NCBI GenBank assembly: GCA_964187785.1 | Contig: OZ076409.1 | Location: 79,486,001-79,550,000, forward strand | Source: Amphiscolops sp. MND2022 | Taxonomy: Eukaryota | DNA: 64,000 nt | Reading direction: 5' to 3' | Part shown: piece by piece, positions 41,104 through 54,259 of the stretch | How the letters are laid out: the number at the start of each line of letters is the position of its first letter | How positions within the stretch are numbered: position 1 is the stretch's first letter | The notes under the pieces: model-generated | The model's database searches: none | The model's input: the letters and a program-made list of their open reading frames with translations, nothing else | What the model was told of the DNA's origin: nothing | Translations under genes and position numbers: made by a program

Positions 41104-42457
41104 ATCCGTTTCGCAGTTATTGTCAGGTACCACAATTATCATTTATTCCTTATCGTTGACAATCGGATGAGTTTAGTTACGGATTTCGTCTTTGCAACCT
41201 TCGATATTCATTTTTGCAACCTATTCCATCATTCTGAGGGGACTCATTTTTAGCACAAAGTGCGCCTGAAACTTACAGATTTTAGCTTTGATGTTTAGGA
41301 CGAACTTGGTCTGTTAAACAAATCAAGCCGGGAATCCAAGCTCAAAAAAATTAAAGGGGCTCTTTTGAAGACATTAAAAATTTTTCGAAAAAGTCTAGCA
41401 AAACCGAAAAAAATTAAAAGGCCGACCCACTGAACATATTAACCTCAGTATTAAAAATAGGTACATACATGGTGAAGTGAGGTCTGACGAAAAATATGAA
41501 AGGCAAGGCAAGAAAGAAACACGACGAAAAGACACTAGATATTGGTCGCATTTCATTTGATGAAGCGTCAACTAAAAATGCATAATTCGAGCGTGACCAA
41601 TAAACATATGCCAACAAAAACGTTTGAAAATAACACAATTTTAAAAAGGGAAAACTTTCATTATTTGTACATTTGGCATTTTCCATTTCAGGTTGAGCAA
41701 TGCTGAGTAAATAGCCATTCCGGCTCAGCAAATATGCTGCATAGCTAATTCTTTTGTTGCTAAATTCTGTGGAAACTCATAACCGCAAAACATCCAAAAT
41801 TGGTACAACAACTGCATAAAACAGTCGAAAATTGAAAGTTTTGACACTTATTGGATCATTTTGCGCCACTTTTGTAACAAAAACATCATGTTTCTTCTCT
41901 GTACAAGGGAATGTAAAGTAGCTGATAGTTCAACTTTCAATCTCTTTGGATCGTAGCACCCACGGAAACATTTAAAAAAGTGTAGGAACCATTTAAACAC
42001 TAAAATTTGGCAATTTAGGTTCCTTCAGTATTTTTTGAATGAAACTATATAAAAGTATGCTAACTAGCCAAAGATTGTATTGCTGAACTGTGTGGATCTT
42101 CATATCCACAAAGCAACCAAGAACTTTATGCTCTTTTTAGGCATTTTGGCTCAAATTTTAGATATCGTTTTATCCATTTTCAAGTGGGCTTAAAGGTATA
42201 TGCAGATTCGATGAGCTTTATGGATAATCTTACCCGAGAACCATAGAAAAATAATCGTAAAAAGATCAAAAATGGAAAATTTGGGCTATCATCTGAGAAA
42301 AAAGGTTAGACTATATAACTAAAATGTAGAAAACGGGCTAAATCATGAAAAATGAATTCACGATAAAAAAAGGAGAGATCAGATACTTTAAAGGCTACAA
42401 TAAAACCAAAACAAACAAGTCATAGCTTTGTATTTCGAAGATCTTCTTTTTCAACAA

Positions 42458-43879
42458 TCAGAGTTCCATCTTCTCCAGCTTTCGGTTAGCCTCAAGCTCT
42501 TCTTTCGCCTTTTTAAGTTTTTTCTGTGCTTTCTTTTTCGCTTTCAGCTCTCTCTGCAACTCTTCAAACTCTTTCAGCTCACTTAACGCTTCCTCCATGA
42601 ACTCTTCGTTAGTCCTGGGCATGACACCAGTCTGGAAATACTTCAGCCGTTCTTCTACCATAGTTCGCAGTTTGTTACCAATCACTGAGTTCGGTTTTTC
42701 TGAGAAGCAGTCAATTCTTGACGCTATTGCACACTTGTTCGCCAGGTATCTAGATACTTTTCCTTTGTCTGCAGGACCAGCTTTTCCAATAAAGGAGGAA
42801 TGGAAAATTAAACCATACTTTGGGGTTTTGACCTTCTGTCTCAGAGCCCTGAACAGGGCTTTTTCAGCTCCCAGTATTTGGATGGTGGAAGCCGGGTACT
42901 TCGCAAGGTTGATCAAACTTCCAGCATGACAAATGAGACGAGCGCCAACAATTTCTCCAATCAAGCGAGACAAGTTAGGAGCAATGATTGACATTTTCTT
43001 CTCCAAGTATTCATACAGCTGTTCGCGGTATGTCACCAACATAGCGGCTTTGTTACTGAACGCTTCAATATTCATCAAATCTATCGGGGAAAGTTCCATG
43101 CCCATGGAAGTTTTCGATGCGCTGATGATCTCAGCTGTGAGATCTTCACCCACAATTTCACAGATCTCTTCTTCAAGGTTGGGGCAGTTTGAACGATCTT
43201 TGATCAAGTTAACCAATCGAACATAGGCCTGATTGTCCTTGACAATTTTGATGAGCTCCGGGAAATGGTAGGAGTACCACTCTCGAATCCTCATCGAAAA
43301 GGTGTTGATGTCCTTATCGAGTTGGTCAAGCAAACTTATGGATTGGATAATCATGTTATCAGCTCTGTTCACATTGAACTTCACTTTGCAGCGAGAAAAA
43401 CTGTGGGACAATCCAAGACCAGCTTTCATTTCCGAGTGAGCTGTGAGACCTTTGACAAAAAAGTTGAAGTGGCGTTTAATAAGGCGCACTATTTCCGGCA
43501 CAGTTCCAGCAGTGATGCAGTTGACACCTATACCTTCAATAATCGCAGCTCCCAATCGACCATCGATAACTCCCAGGGCGATTTTGTTTTTCTTCTCCAA
43601 TGGCAAATTCGATTCCAGGAATACTTTCAAATCGTCGTGAACAACACCTTCACTTACACAGTTGGCGTTGTCTATAGCATTGGCCCCGGAGCTGAAAGGG
43701 GCAAACGCTTGCAATCTGGCAACTGATCCAAACACAGAGGCATCCGTGGCTACTTTGGGGTCTTTTTGTATCTGATCGAAGCCCTTAATTCGAAACAGAG
43801 CGTATCCAGACGCATGTTCGAACAGAACAAACAATCTCTGGCTCGCTTGCAGAGTTTTCACCTCCGCTTCCTCATCCAT
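42458..43879 (-). CDS. NOP56: Nucleolar protein 56 (box C/D snoRNP core)
   Basis: 473-aa intact ORF: LFEHASGYALF, KVKFNVNRADNMIIQSISLLDQLDKDINTFSMRIREWY, ASTIQILGAEKALFRAL, TPKYGLIFHS and a Lys-rich tail. Confidence 0.95.
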   Translation of the reverse strand: MDEEAEVKTLQASQRLFVLFEHASGYALFRIKGFDQIQKDPKVATDASVFGSVARLQAFAPFSSGANAIDNANCVSEGVVHDDLKVFLESNLPLEKKNKIALGVIDGRLGAAIIEGIGVNCITAGTVPEIVRLIKRHFNFFVKGLTAHSEMKAGLGLSHSFSRCKVKFNVNRADNMIIQSISLLDQLDKDINTFSMRIREWYSYHFPELIKIVKDNQAYVRLVNLIKDRSNCPNLEEEICEIVGEDLTAEIISASKTSMGMELSPIDLMNIEAFSNKAAMLVTYREQLYEYLEKKMSIIAPNLSRLIGEIVGARLICHAGSLINLAKYPASTIQILGAEKALFRALRQKVKTPKYGLIFHSSFIGKAGPADKGKVSRYLANKCAIASRIDCFSEKPNSVIGNKLRTMVEERLKYFQTGVMPRTNEEFMEEALSELKEFEELQRELKAKKKAQKKLKKAKEELEANRKLEKMEL

Positions 43880-44889
43880 TTTTTCCTGAAAAATTCATGT
43901 TTGAAAATACACATCATTTTTTGGAAATGAATTGAAGATGGATTAAAGTCACAGACCGTTCGAATTACAGCTAACAAATAGTTCATGGGTCTAAAATTAT
44001 TGCGCATTTCGAACAATAATCAGACCCGACGAAAAATATGTTCCAGCACTATAGCAATCTTGGATCAGAAGTTTGAAACTGGCTAAGCGTGTCCTTCCCA
44101 GTGTACTTCTACTTCATCGGCAGGATTGCTATCCTGCATTCTTTGCAACTTGGCAAGACGAAATTTTGTTTCCACAAGGTGTCTTCCATTTTTATTCGGC
44201 ATTTTATGAAAACGTCACTACTATAGTAATTTCAGTCGTTTTTTTAATCCGACCGAAGTGACCATAATAATTCTACAAATTCGTGATTCCTACAAAATTT
44301 CAAATTAATTGAAAGGGTCTACCTATTCATATTTTGACATTCGTATTTGGATTGAAAAGGAATTTGAGTGTTATTTTCGGAATTGTATGACTTCGAAAAA
44401 AGTTCAATTTTGCAAAAGGGTCCCCGTTGGGGGTTTTCCGGAACTGTGCTACTTTTCTCAGATTTTTTTTTCATTTAAAAAAGTTTTCGCCTTGGTTCTT
44501 TGATGGTTCTGGTAATCTAACAGGAAATAAAACTTCGGTTTTTTTGCGTTTCTGGTGAGAAAAGTACCTTTTTAGGCGCAAAATATCCCTTTGGGTCTTT
44601 CAGTACTATGAGATTGGGAATTTTTCAAAAAAGATCCCTTAAGACTTCAAAGTAATTTTGCTTTTTGTGTCTTAAGCAAACCGATTAAGCCGTTTATGCC
44701 GTTCTCGGTCTTAACTTTCCAGAGAAAACTTTCAAGGGACGGAAAAATAAATTATCACACTTGATGGGGAAATGAGACATCAAGGGCGACAAGAAATTGA
44801 TTATTTTCATGTTCTAATGCTAAAATAAACATTCATAAATATTTCTATTTTTATCAACTAAAAAGCTTAGTTTGTTCAACTCTGTACAT

Positions 44890-47800
44890 TCATTTCATCT
44901 TCCATAGGGGGTCCAACGAACTGAATGGATCGTTGGGATTAGATTCTTGACCTATCTTGAAAGTAGCGTCATCAAAATTGTGCCTTTTAGGTCCTTTGGG
45001 CGACCCGGAGCGAGAGCCAACACTGAAGTTATCAGCGGACATTAAAGCTCTGAGATCTCTGACTCCATTTGCTGCGTTACCAGACTTATCTTCGCTGTCA
45101 TTGTTAGCTTGCATTGAATTACTGTTTGTTTCTTCACTAAAGGTTGTCTTGGTTGATATGGGCTGGAGCGATGGCAGCCCGTATGGAGAAGGACTGTTTA
45201 TCACTTGGTAGGAGCAAGTCTGGTTTGCTTTGGTTGTGGAGAGGAATTGTTGAATGTAGTGAAGATAGCAGATATAGAGAAAAAACATTTGGTTTGGTGA
45301 CGTCACTATGGCCTGGTGGAAATGTCGGATGGCGTTTATTTCAGTTGAGACGTCAGTCATTCCAAACCCATGGTCAATGCACTGCATGCATTTAAGAAGT
45401 AGCATCAAAATTCCGCTTTGAGTAATACCATCCCTTCAACATAACATGCCATTTAATATCAATCGACTACCAACGATCTTTGCTGAACTTTATTACAATA
45501 GAATAAACAAAAATTTGGGTGCAACTGAAAGTACTCATACGTGAAATTCAAACGTTGATGATTGTTCTTCGCGAAAAGAATATTTGAGAACACACTGTTG
45601 AAAAAATTTTATTCTGGTGAACTCGATCTTGAATTTTTCATTTATTTTTTCCATGGCAAAAACCCATATGGGTACAGAAAACTTGCACGTTGTAAAATTC
45701 AGATTCTAGCAGATTTAAAGAAATACCAAAAACGGAATACCTGCACAGCAACAGAACAGGCTGGTTGTAGTTGGATTGCAGACTGTAGAAGTGTCTCACA
45801 GTTCGTACGAAAGACAAAAACGGAGCATGTTTGGGGAATAATTCAGACGCTGACGAATTTTCGCAGCAGTCCACTGATGGCCATTCCAGGAATTGTAAAT
45901 GTGTCACAGACCTAAGCACGAAAATAGCACTTTTATAGGTTAGACTTTTAGCACCACGAAAATGATTCGCGGGATCTTTGGAGGCCTAAGCGCTTTGGTG
46001 TTATATTCCATATTTGGCGATGTTGTAAGAAATAAATGCAAATTCAAAGGTTCGACCTATCGACTCTTAGCTTATGTTTACCGAATTAATCAAGAGCAGC
46101 AGCATTATTGAAGAGAAAAACCAAGAAGAAAATACCTGTTTGTGTTTTGGGCAGGGGAGAACAAGTTAACTGTTCTTTGAAGCCAGTATTGTGAGATACT
46201 CGTATTCTGAAGACGCAAGAATAGATCCTTGCCAATGCTAACATTCACTCCCTGCATCGTCGGCATGTAAGGACACGGCTAAAACAGACAGGCAAACTTT
46301 ACATACTTACTTCTGCTCAGTCACCTTAATAATTCCATATCTACATATTTATCAGTTTCAGCTTTGGACAGTTTCAAAATCTTCATATACTTTGAAATAG
46401 AAAAAATACAGCATAATCAAACACTTGATCATACCTGCTGGACAAGAAAGGGAATATATACAACATCAGAGTTCATTTGTAGAAACTAGTTCTAACAAGA
46501 CGGGAACGTCTCAAGTCGGCGCTATATCTAAGGCTCAAAAAGCGCAAAACATTTTTTTTTCGGAAAAAAACTTGAAATTTTCGAAAAAAAAAATTCTTTC
46601 GGAAAATGTCGCACAAAGCCGAAAAATGTAAAAGGGGGACCCTTTTTGATTTATAAACACGCATTCTGTAGCAAAATAACAAAAAACTCAAAGGGGGACC
46701 CTTTGGGGACATAAAAAAAAATTCGAAAAAAAGTCTCACAGCGCCGAAAAAAAATCGAAAGGGGGGGGGGTTACAACTTTAGTCCCGTCCGGGCTTGTAT
46801 GTAACGTTTAAAAAGTAAATGAATGCGCTCCCCGTTTGCCTTTAGCGGTCCAGTAGTTTAGTACTTATTTAGTAGTTGAACGTTAATTTTAACGTTCGTC
46901 GCTTCGAGTCTGTCTTAAATAAAACAAGACGGGAACGTCCCAAGTCGGCGCCATATCTTAGGCTCAAAAATATTCAAGGAACAACTATTGTAAAAGTTTG
47001 GAAAAAAAATTTTTCAAAAAAATTATTTTTGAAATTTTTTTTCGAAAAAAAAGTATTTTTAAGTCGCAAAATGCCGAAAAAAATCCAAAGGGGGGACCCT
47101 TTGGGCACGTCCGGTTGTGTATGTTTCCTTGAAAAAGTAAAAACTGAAAGGGTTGGAGTAAAGTTTGCCTTCTGCGCAGAATTGCAGAATTGTAAGAAAA
47201 GTGGACCACTCAGAGTGAGATTGTCAACTGAAAAAAACAAAAAAAAAAAAAAAAAAACTACTCACTGTAAGAGTCGGGCTTTTTTCCTTAAGGGAAAAGG
47301 CGCCGACTAAAAAACGAGTGACTGTAATAGTCGGGCTCTTTTCTTAAGAAAAGCGCCGACTAAAAATACTTCTAAAGTTTAAATAAGACTCTTTAAAATT
47401 TCACTCTTTAAATTTTCACTAGCCTGATTCCTGCCACTAAAGGAAACGATGAGAGATATGTCTGACTCACTGACCATCTCCCAAAACAACTTCATACTCT
47501 CATCGCTATCCGAGCTCTCGCTGCCAAGTAAAAGAAACCGCGGCACCAAACCAAACTCCATGTCAACATCGACCACCACCATCTTGGAGCCCCCGATCTG
47601 GTCCGGATAAACCGAACGCACGACAGCGTTACCAACGAAGCATTCGCTAGTCCTCACAGCACTATTCAAACCAGGGACGTTTTCGGCCAACTTTAAATCT
47701 GATTTTTCCTTGCAAGATGAGCAATTTTTTACAAATTTGTTCTCAAGATCTTCCCATTCTCTTTCCAGAATGGTGGGTCCGTTCAAAGTTCGTTTATGTA

Positions 47801-50800
47801 TATTGGCTAGATGTTTTTCTAATTTTTCAACATCAGAAACTAGTTTCGAAATGAACTGATCAGCATTGGGTAGAACAACAGAACTTTTTCTCAAAGGACT
47901 GTTCCGCACAACAGGAGAACGCTTGATGATCGAGTTGATAACTAGAGATACTTCATTTGACGGCGGCAACCTTGTTTCCTGGACACTAACTGACTTATTA
48001 TCATCAGCTGGTACAGAGTTGCTTGACATCACGACGGGCATATGTTGCTCAATTATTGCTGGACTTGGTGATTGAGATTCCGACCTTCTGGCTCCGTTGA
48101 TTTCCCCACCTTCGACTTTAACAGAGGGTTCCACAACTCCACCTTCCGAGTCAGTGCTTTTGCTCGTATTGGAGCTAACCACAGTAGCATTTGGTTGAAG
48201 AACAGGCGTTGGGTCAACTTTCACTTGGTTTATCGACTGGTTAGGCTGCAGAGATGAGTTAAACGCCTTCGAATTGTGTGTAGGCGACGAGTCGACAGTT
48301 GGATTGTGTTTAACCTCGTGATTTTTCAGCACCGGAGATTCACAATGCCCAAGACTCTGATCAACTGAATTCGACCGTTTCTCGGAATTATGACTGGCGA
48401 CACCATGTCCGTAGTACCAATTCGCTTGGGCGTTTGGATGCTGCATGCTAATATTCGAAGTACTTGCATTTTGCACTACATTGTTGGCTAAATTGTTACC
48501 ATTTATGGACTGACTGTCAGTCGCAACTACTGACTGTTGATAACTGATGGGAACATTGCTGTGACTAGTTGGTGTCTGCTGGTTATTCGTGATATTCGAA
48601 TTCATTTGAACACCACTGTAATTTTGACTGACATTCTGAGTCATTTGAGCACCCTGTTGTTGCTGGGAATTAGGAAAAACTAACGGCTTCTGTTGAGATT
48701 GCTGCTTCATCAATGCAGACAGAACTTTAGGATCCATAGGTTTCTTCGGGTCATACGTAGCAACATATTGACTAACTTCCTTACTGGAATCATCCATGGT
48801 TGTTGGCACAGATTGAACAGAAGCACGCGTTGGCTCACTCTGACTTGAAGATAACGAGTTGGGAATTGAATGCATACCCTGGTAGTTACCATACATTGGC
48901 GCAGCGGTTTGAACAGAAACGGGAGCATTTGAATGTAAATTTTGTGGAACTGGTGAGTAATTTTGATTTGCAGTATAATCTTGGGGCAAGCTCGTTGGTT
49001 GGTTACGAAAGGTAGTAGCAGCAACATTGGTTTCTGGAAGCTGTACACTTTCGCTAACGTTTTGGGTGTTGGGTTGCTTCTCACTGATCGCACGATTTCT
49101 CAACTGATCAAGCTGCTGTTGGTAGTTCTGAGTCAAAGACGCCACGTTCCATACCTGAATATACAAGGTAATCATCAGTTTGACTAAAATTTGGGACTTC
49201 ATGCGTAAAGAGCAACAACATAAATTAACAGTTGAGGTTCCACAAGAATGACAAACATCAGCAGATTTCTAAATCATTCTTCAGTATTTTTAACCCTTTC
49301 ATGTTATCTATTCAATTACAGAGCGTTATTGCCTTTCGTTGACACATTTTATTTTCCGTCCCCATAATTATGTCAGACAAAAAATTACCAACTTGACTGC
49401 ATTTTTGCTCATGTTTTCATTTCTACCCGCATGACGAAGGCTCTTTCACAGAATTCAACTACCGCAAAATAAGTTCGTAGCATACGTAATTCTGGAGATA
49501 ATTGAACTGAAGAGAAAAGTTTATTTGACTGGAAAGAAGAATAACATCTATGTTCAAGAGCAAATATGCCAATCTGGACGGGAAAATAGTTATCAAAACG
49601 AGTCGAGTCCCCGCCAGAAGAAAACCATTTAGAGATAAAGAAAATGTACTAGCCTAATACTTAAGATTCGTCAAACAAAACTCTTAATTATAACGATGGG
49701 AAAATATGAACTTATTTCGAACATAAGTTTCAAATAATTCGAAATAAAGCGAAAACAGATGCTTATTAGCAGCAGTGAAAACGTTAGTCAAAACCTTAAA
49801 GTAAAATCGACTGAGTTCCTTCAAGTCGCAGGGCCGCAAACTGGCTTCTGTCAGTCAGTTGAAAGTTTTCTTTAAAAAACTACTTGAAGACTTCCGCTGG
49901 ATAGATGTTCGTTAGTATGTCCCCTACTATACACAGTTGCGGTGAAACCTTTTTGTGTCCCCTGGTACAGTACGTGTTTTGAAAAAGCATAACGAAATCA
50001 ATTTTTTGTAATTGACCATCTTGCTGTAGTTGTCAAAGAAGTTTTTATGTTGTCTTCAATGAAGAGTCGAAAACAGTTCGAATTTTGTTACGTTGCAAAA
50101 TCTCTTGCAAAGAATAAAGTTGCTCGAATAATTGGCCCGCTAGCAGATTCGATGTTTCCCAAGTTTGATTTAGTTGCTGGTCCAAACTTCAGAAACCGTA
50201 ACTTTGCAAATGAAGTTATAAAACATCAATAAACACTTCAGCGTGTACACATGCCGTCTTCTAAAAAGAACACAAAATTTGAGTTTTCGCGATATATTTG
50301 CGATATAATCAAGGAATCTTATGTATCTATCTACAAAAACACCTAGATATTTGCATGCACTTTCATGGATCAAAGTTTTTTCCAATAGAAAACGGAGTTT
50401 ACTAGTGTGCCCTTTCAAAGGAGACTGATTCACACTTGTCTTCACTACTACTCAGCTTGTTCGCACAAAACTATTCAGATATTCGACTGATTTCTAGTTG
50501 AATTAAGCAACAGCCTTCACGATCGGCTTTGATGATTGTAGTATATTCAACGAAGACGGCTAATTTGCAATCACTATCTCCTAAGTTGAAGTCGACATGT
50601 AGCGCAAAAACAGAAAAGGTCTTAGTATCTTTATACAGAAAGGGACATCAGTATTCTTTATTGCAACGAAAAAGTCCCAAAATGCCAAAAAAAAATCCAA
50701 TTTATGATCATTATATGCAATTTTTGCAGCTTTCAAATGTTTTCATCGGTAGGAATATCCACAGAGTTCAATGACGAAATAGTAGGCCAACAAGAAGTAC

Positions 50801-53800
50801 GCTTTTAGGAAAAATTCTGAAGCTTGTAATTTAGAAATGCCCAGAAAACTAAATAATTTACGCAACGGACATCTTTCGAATGTTTTTGTGGGTAAGAAAC
50901 AACCAATTTCAAAAAGAAAAAAAACGTAACGTACGTCTTTCAATTATTTTTGAACGTTCATGAGAGGAGGGTCCTAAAACAGAAGTGCCAATTTTCATGA
51001 TAAAACAATGCGATTTTCATGATATCTATGCAGTCCATATAACGAATCAATAAGGTAACCAGTACGCTTTTTAAAAAATCTAAAGCGTTAAAATTTGAAA
51101 AGGCACCGAAAATTCCAGAAAATCCGTTAAAAAAATTTGCGCAACTTCAAATGGACAAGTTTCGGATGTTTTTGTGGGTGACAAATTTCAAAGAGAAAAT
51201 AACTTGACAAACGTTTCCATATTTGAACGTTTTTGAGAGAAGTTCCATGGAACAACTGTTATTTTCATGGTCAAATATAATTTTTAATTTCATTCCAACC
51301 GCTTTATAGCTATCTTTCGATGTTTTCGTCCGAACGCAGCGTTCAACGAAACATTTGGCTACTTGGCTACTCAACACTTTTGTATAGAAAAACAAAAGGT
51401 TTTATTGATGCCTCGAATGAAGCAAAAGGTGTCAATTTACAATTTCAACCATTCTATGCAAATTTTGGATGTTTCCATAGGTATGAATGACCACAAAGTT
51501 GAACAACAAAATAATTAGCTATTAAGCTTACAGTGGTGCCCTGGAAGAAAGCGAATTAGATGCGTTAAATGTCGATTTCCGTTGTCTAATCTCTCGAAAA
51601 TATATTTCGGAATTTCATAGTGGTTTGAATGATTTTCGCTTCTGCGAGTAAAATTTAGCAAATTCCATTTTACGGCCGGCAGTTTTTTTATAATTTTCGA
51701 TTGGAAATTTGTTGATTAAATATATATTAGAGAAACATTTAGAAATATGCTATATCATTTGTTGCAAACATATCCAGAACGATAATAACTGAGGCCGTTT
51801 TCAGATATGTACATCTGAAATCTATATCTTCATACACGTAATTTGAAACTTCCGCATACAACTAATCAATTTTTGTCGAGGTCTGGAAACAAAAACCACA
51901 ATGTTCTTCAGGGAAAATTTTCCATCTACATTTAAAAAAATAGGCCCCTCCGGGGCTCAGTACTATTTCTGCTTTAATCTTTATTTTTTTAAAACAAAAA
52001 ATCATTAATAAAAGAATCATATCTGGAATACCAATACACTCCTGTTTAATCATTACTTAGAGCACAATTAATCACTGTACAAGTTTACACCGCCTTTAAT
52101 TCTTCTCGGACTAAAGAAAATATAACTAAGCGTAGACGAAGTTTCGCATTCGCATTTGAATGCAGGCGAAGCTCTCAACGAACGAATAATTAACACTCAT
52201 TCGCTTCATCTCAATGACGTCAGCATACGAATGGATAATTACCACTCGCTCGTTCTATCGCACTAGAATTGAATTGTTGTCGGCAGCTTTCCCACGCTTA
52301 CACTCACTGCCGAACAAAATATCTGAATTATTCAGTAGGACGAAATTTGACGACTGAAAAAAAAAAAGGACCAACTTTGAGGTTACAATAACATTCCTGC
52401 TAAAGCAGAAATATTAAAAATAACTCAAATGCGGTGAAAACTTGATTTTCCGATTCTGTCGAGGCAGCATAAACAAGACACACTTGAGAAGCAACGAGTA
52501 ACCAGCCAATGATATTCTAGAACCGCTGAAAATTCTAGCTTACTAGCATTCTTTTAGCGCAACACTGCTCTTGTATAGAAAATAAAGTTTAAAAAAGATA
52601 AAATGATTAAATGAACGAAGTGTCAAAATTTTTTCGAACTTTTCTGCAGTTAATTGCTAGACTCGAGTCTCAACAACGTCGTTGCTAGAAATCATTCGGG
52701 AGGAAAATATCCCGCTACTGAGCGAGCGTCTTGTAATATCATCGTTGAGAATTGAAGAGTTTTTGTCTGAATATTTGAAAACACTTTTCGATGCTCCTGA
52801 ATTCTGTGAAGTTGAGCGAATGAGGAATCAGCAATATGGCTTTTGAATCTAACCTGGGACAAGATTTGCTGTTGCTGCAGATTTTGCTCTTCCAGCTGTT
52901 TTTCCAAAGCTTTTTGGCGATTGATTTGCTCTTGCAACAGAACTTGTTGCTCCAACATGACTTTCTCGTGTTCCCTCTCCTTTGCTTTCTCTTGCCGTTG
53001 CAACTCCATCTGATGACTCATCCGCTGATCAGCCAACTGCTTCTCCAGTTCAGCTTGTCTCTTATTCTGCACCTCTAGCTGCTGCATGAGGAAAGTTTGC
53101 TGCTGTTTCATTTGCTCGAGGATGGCGACATGTTCACGTGACATCTCCAAACTACTTGGCCCATTGGAGTTGGGAGTCAAACTGCGAGGAGCTGCAGCAA
53201 TAGCTGACCCCTGATTATTCCACATCTGCGGAACATGCTGCCTTTCTGGTGCGAATCCATAATTTGATATATTTTGGACTGGCATAAATTGATTGTGTGA
53301 ATGGGGCGTCAAAAATTGACTCTGCGCTGTTACAGATGGATTTGTAGCATAGTTCAAAGACGATTGAGGTGAATACTGATACTGATTATGGGTTGTTGGT
53401 AAACTACTTGAATTTCCAGTGGCATTGTATTGGCCGAATTGGTTGTTTGGGTTCTGATGACCATTGCTAACAACCTGTGGCCCTTTGGAAAGATCTTGTA
53501 CTACTGGTTGGTAAGTATTCTGATTAGTCTGAAAAACACTTGATGATGCTGGGTTAGTAGCGTTTGTTCCATGATAGTTCACTGGCCACTGCTGTCCTAC
53601 TGGAGCGATAGAATGGATATTTTGATGACCAGCAGTGTTCACAGCGGCGGCTGTAGCAGGAATATTTTGAGCAAGAGGCTTTTGAACCACCTGCATTTGT
53701 TGTTGCAGAACAGGGTTCTGATTAGTAGTATGGAAGATGGGAGGGTTCACAACGGGGGTGGTCCTTTGGGATTTGGCAGTTAACAACGGGTCTAATCCTT
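44890..53800 (-). CDS. PTPN23: HD-PTP/PTPN23-like gene, 3' part; exons ~53800-52854, 49154-47424, 46278-46136, 45911-45741, 45433-44890
   Basis: Gln/Pro-rich region, KRTLNGPTILEREW motif, PTP-like VTHLQFLEWP and C-terminal NDPFSSLDPLWKMK. Splice phases are consistent (0, 0, 2, 2). The Bro1/V domains are not in the window. Confidence 0.82.
46494..47367 (+). mobile_element. Two nested HINE-like repeats in a PTPN23 intron
   Basis: Heads at ~46494 and ~46922; two consecutive 3' hairpins ending ~47313 and ~47366. Confidence 0.75.
50050..50620 (-). pseudogene. Non-LTR (LINE) RT C-terminal fragment
   Basis: CKYLGVFVDRYIRFLDYIANISRKL..LLMFYN matches the KYLGV.ID..L.F..HI thumb region. Confidence 0.65.
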
Positions 53801-53875
53801 GATTTTTACGACCGTAATAAAAATTTTACGACCGTTTTGTTTATTTATATAGTAGTAAAAATTATTGATTTCAAT

Positions 53876-54140
53876 GGCCCGTTGGCGTAGTGGTTAAGTC
53901 AACGGGAACAATCACGCTTTGCGGGCGGACGGGAGCACTAAAAATCGCCTTGGGTTCGCCGCTTCCCGGACAAAAAACCTAAGGGGTTTTACCATCCTGG
54001 CGCCCTAGGGGGTGCCCGAAATTTTCGCCCTAGCGCCCTAAAAAGACCTAAAAATGCCCTAAAAAGGCATTCCGAGCACTTTTATTGGGGTGGGACCCCG
54101 GTAGGGGTCGGGTTCGAACCCCGATCGGGAAAATTTTTTA
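53876..54140 (+). promoter_or_regulatory. Pol III type-2 promoter-like boxes
   Basis: A box TGGCGTAGTGG (53883-53893), weak B box GGTTCGCC (~53953), strong B box GGTTCGAACC (54111-54120), then a T-run at ~54134. Confidence 0.45.
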
Positions 54141-54259
54141 TGAGTTTTTTTAAGCTTCTGGTGCATAGAAACCATGGTGTGAAGGTTTTTTTTGTGGATA
54201 AGAAACGTTTTTACCCATTTTTCATTGATTTTTTAAGGGAAAAAATGGGAAAAATCATT

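Noticed and set aside
42597..43726. Plus-strand ORFs over NOP56
   Set aside because: Antisense shadows of the real CDS; the same applies to those over PolB, TPK1 and PTPN23.
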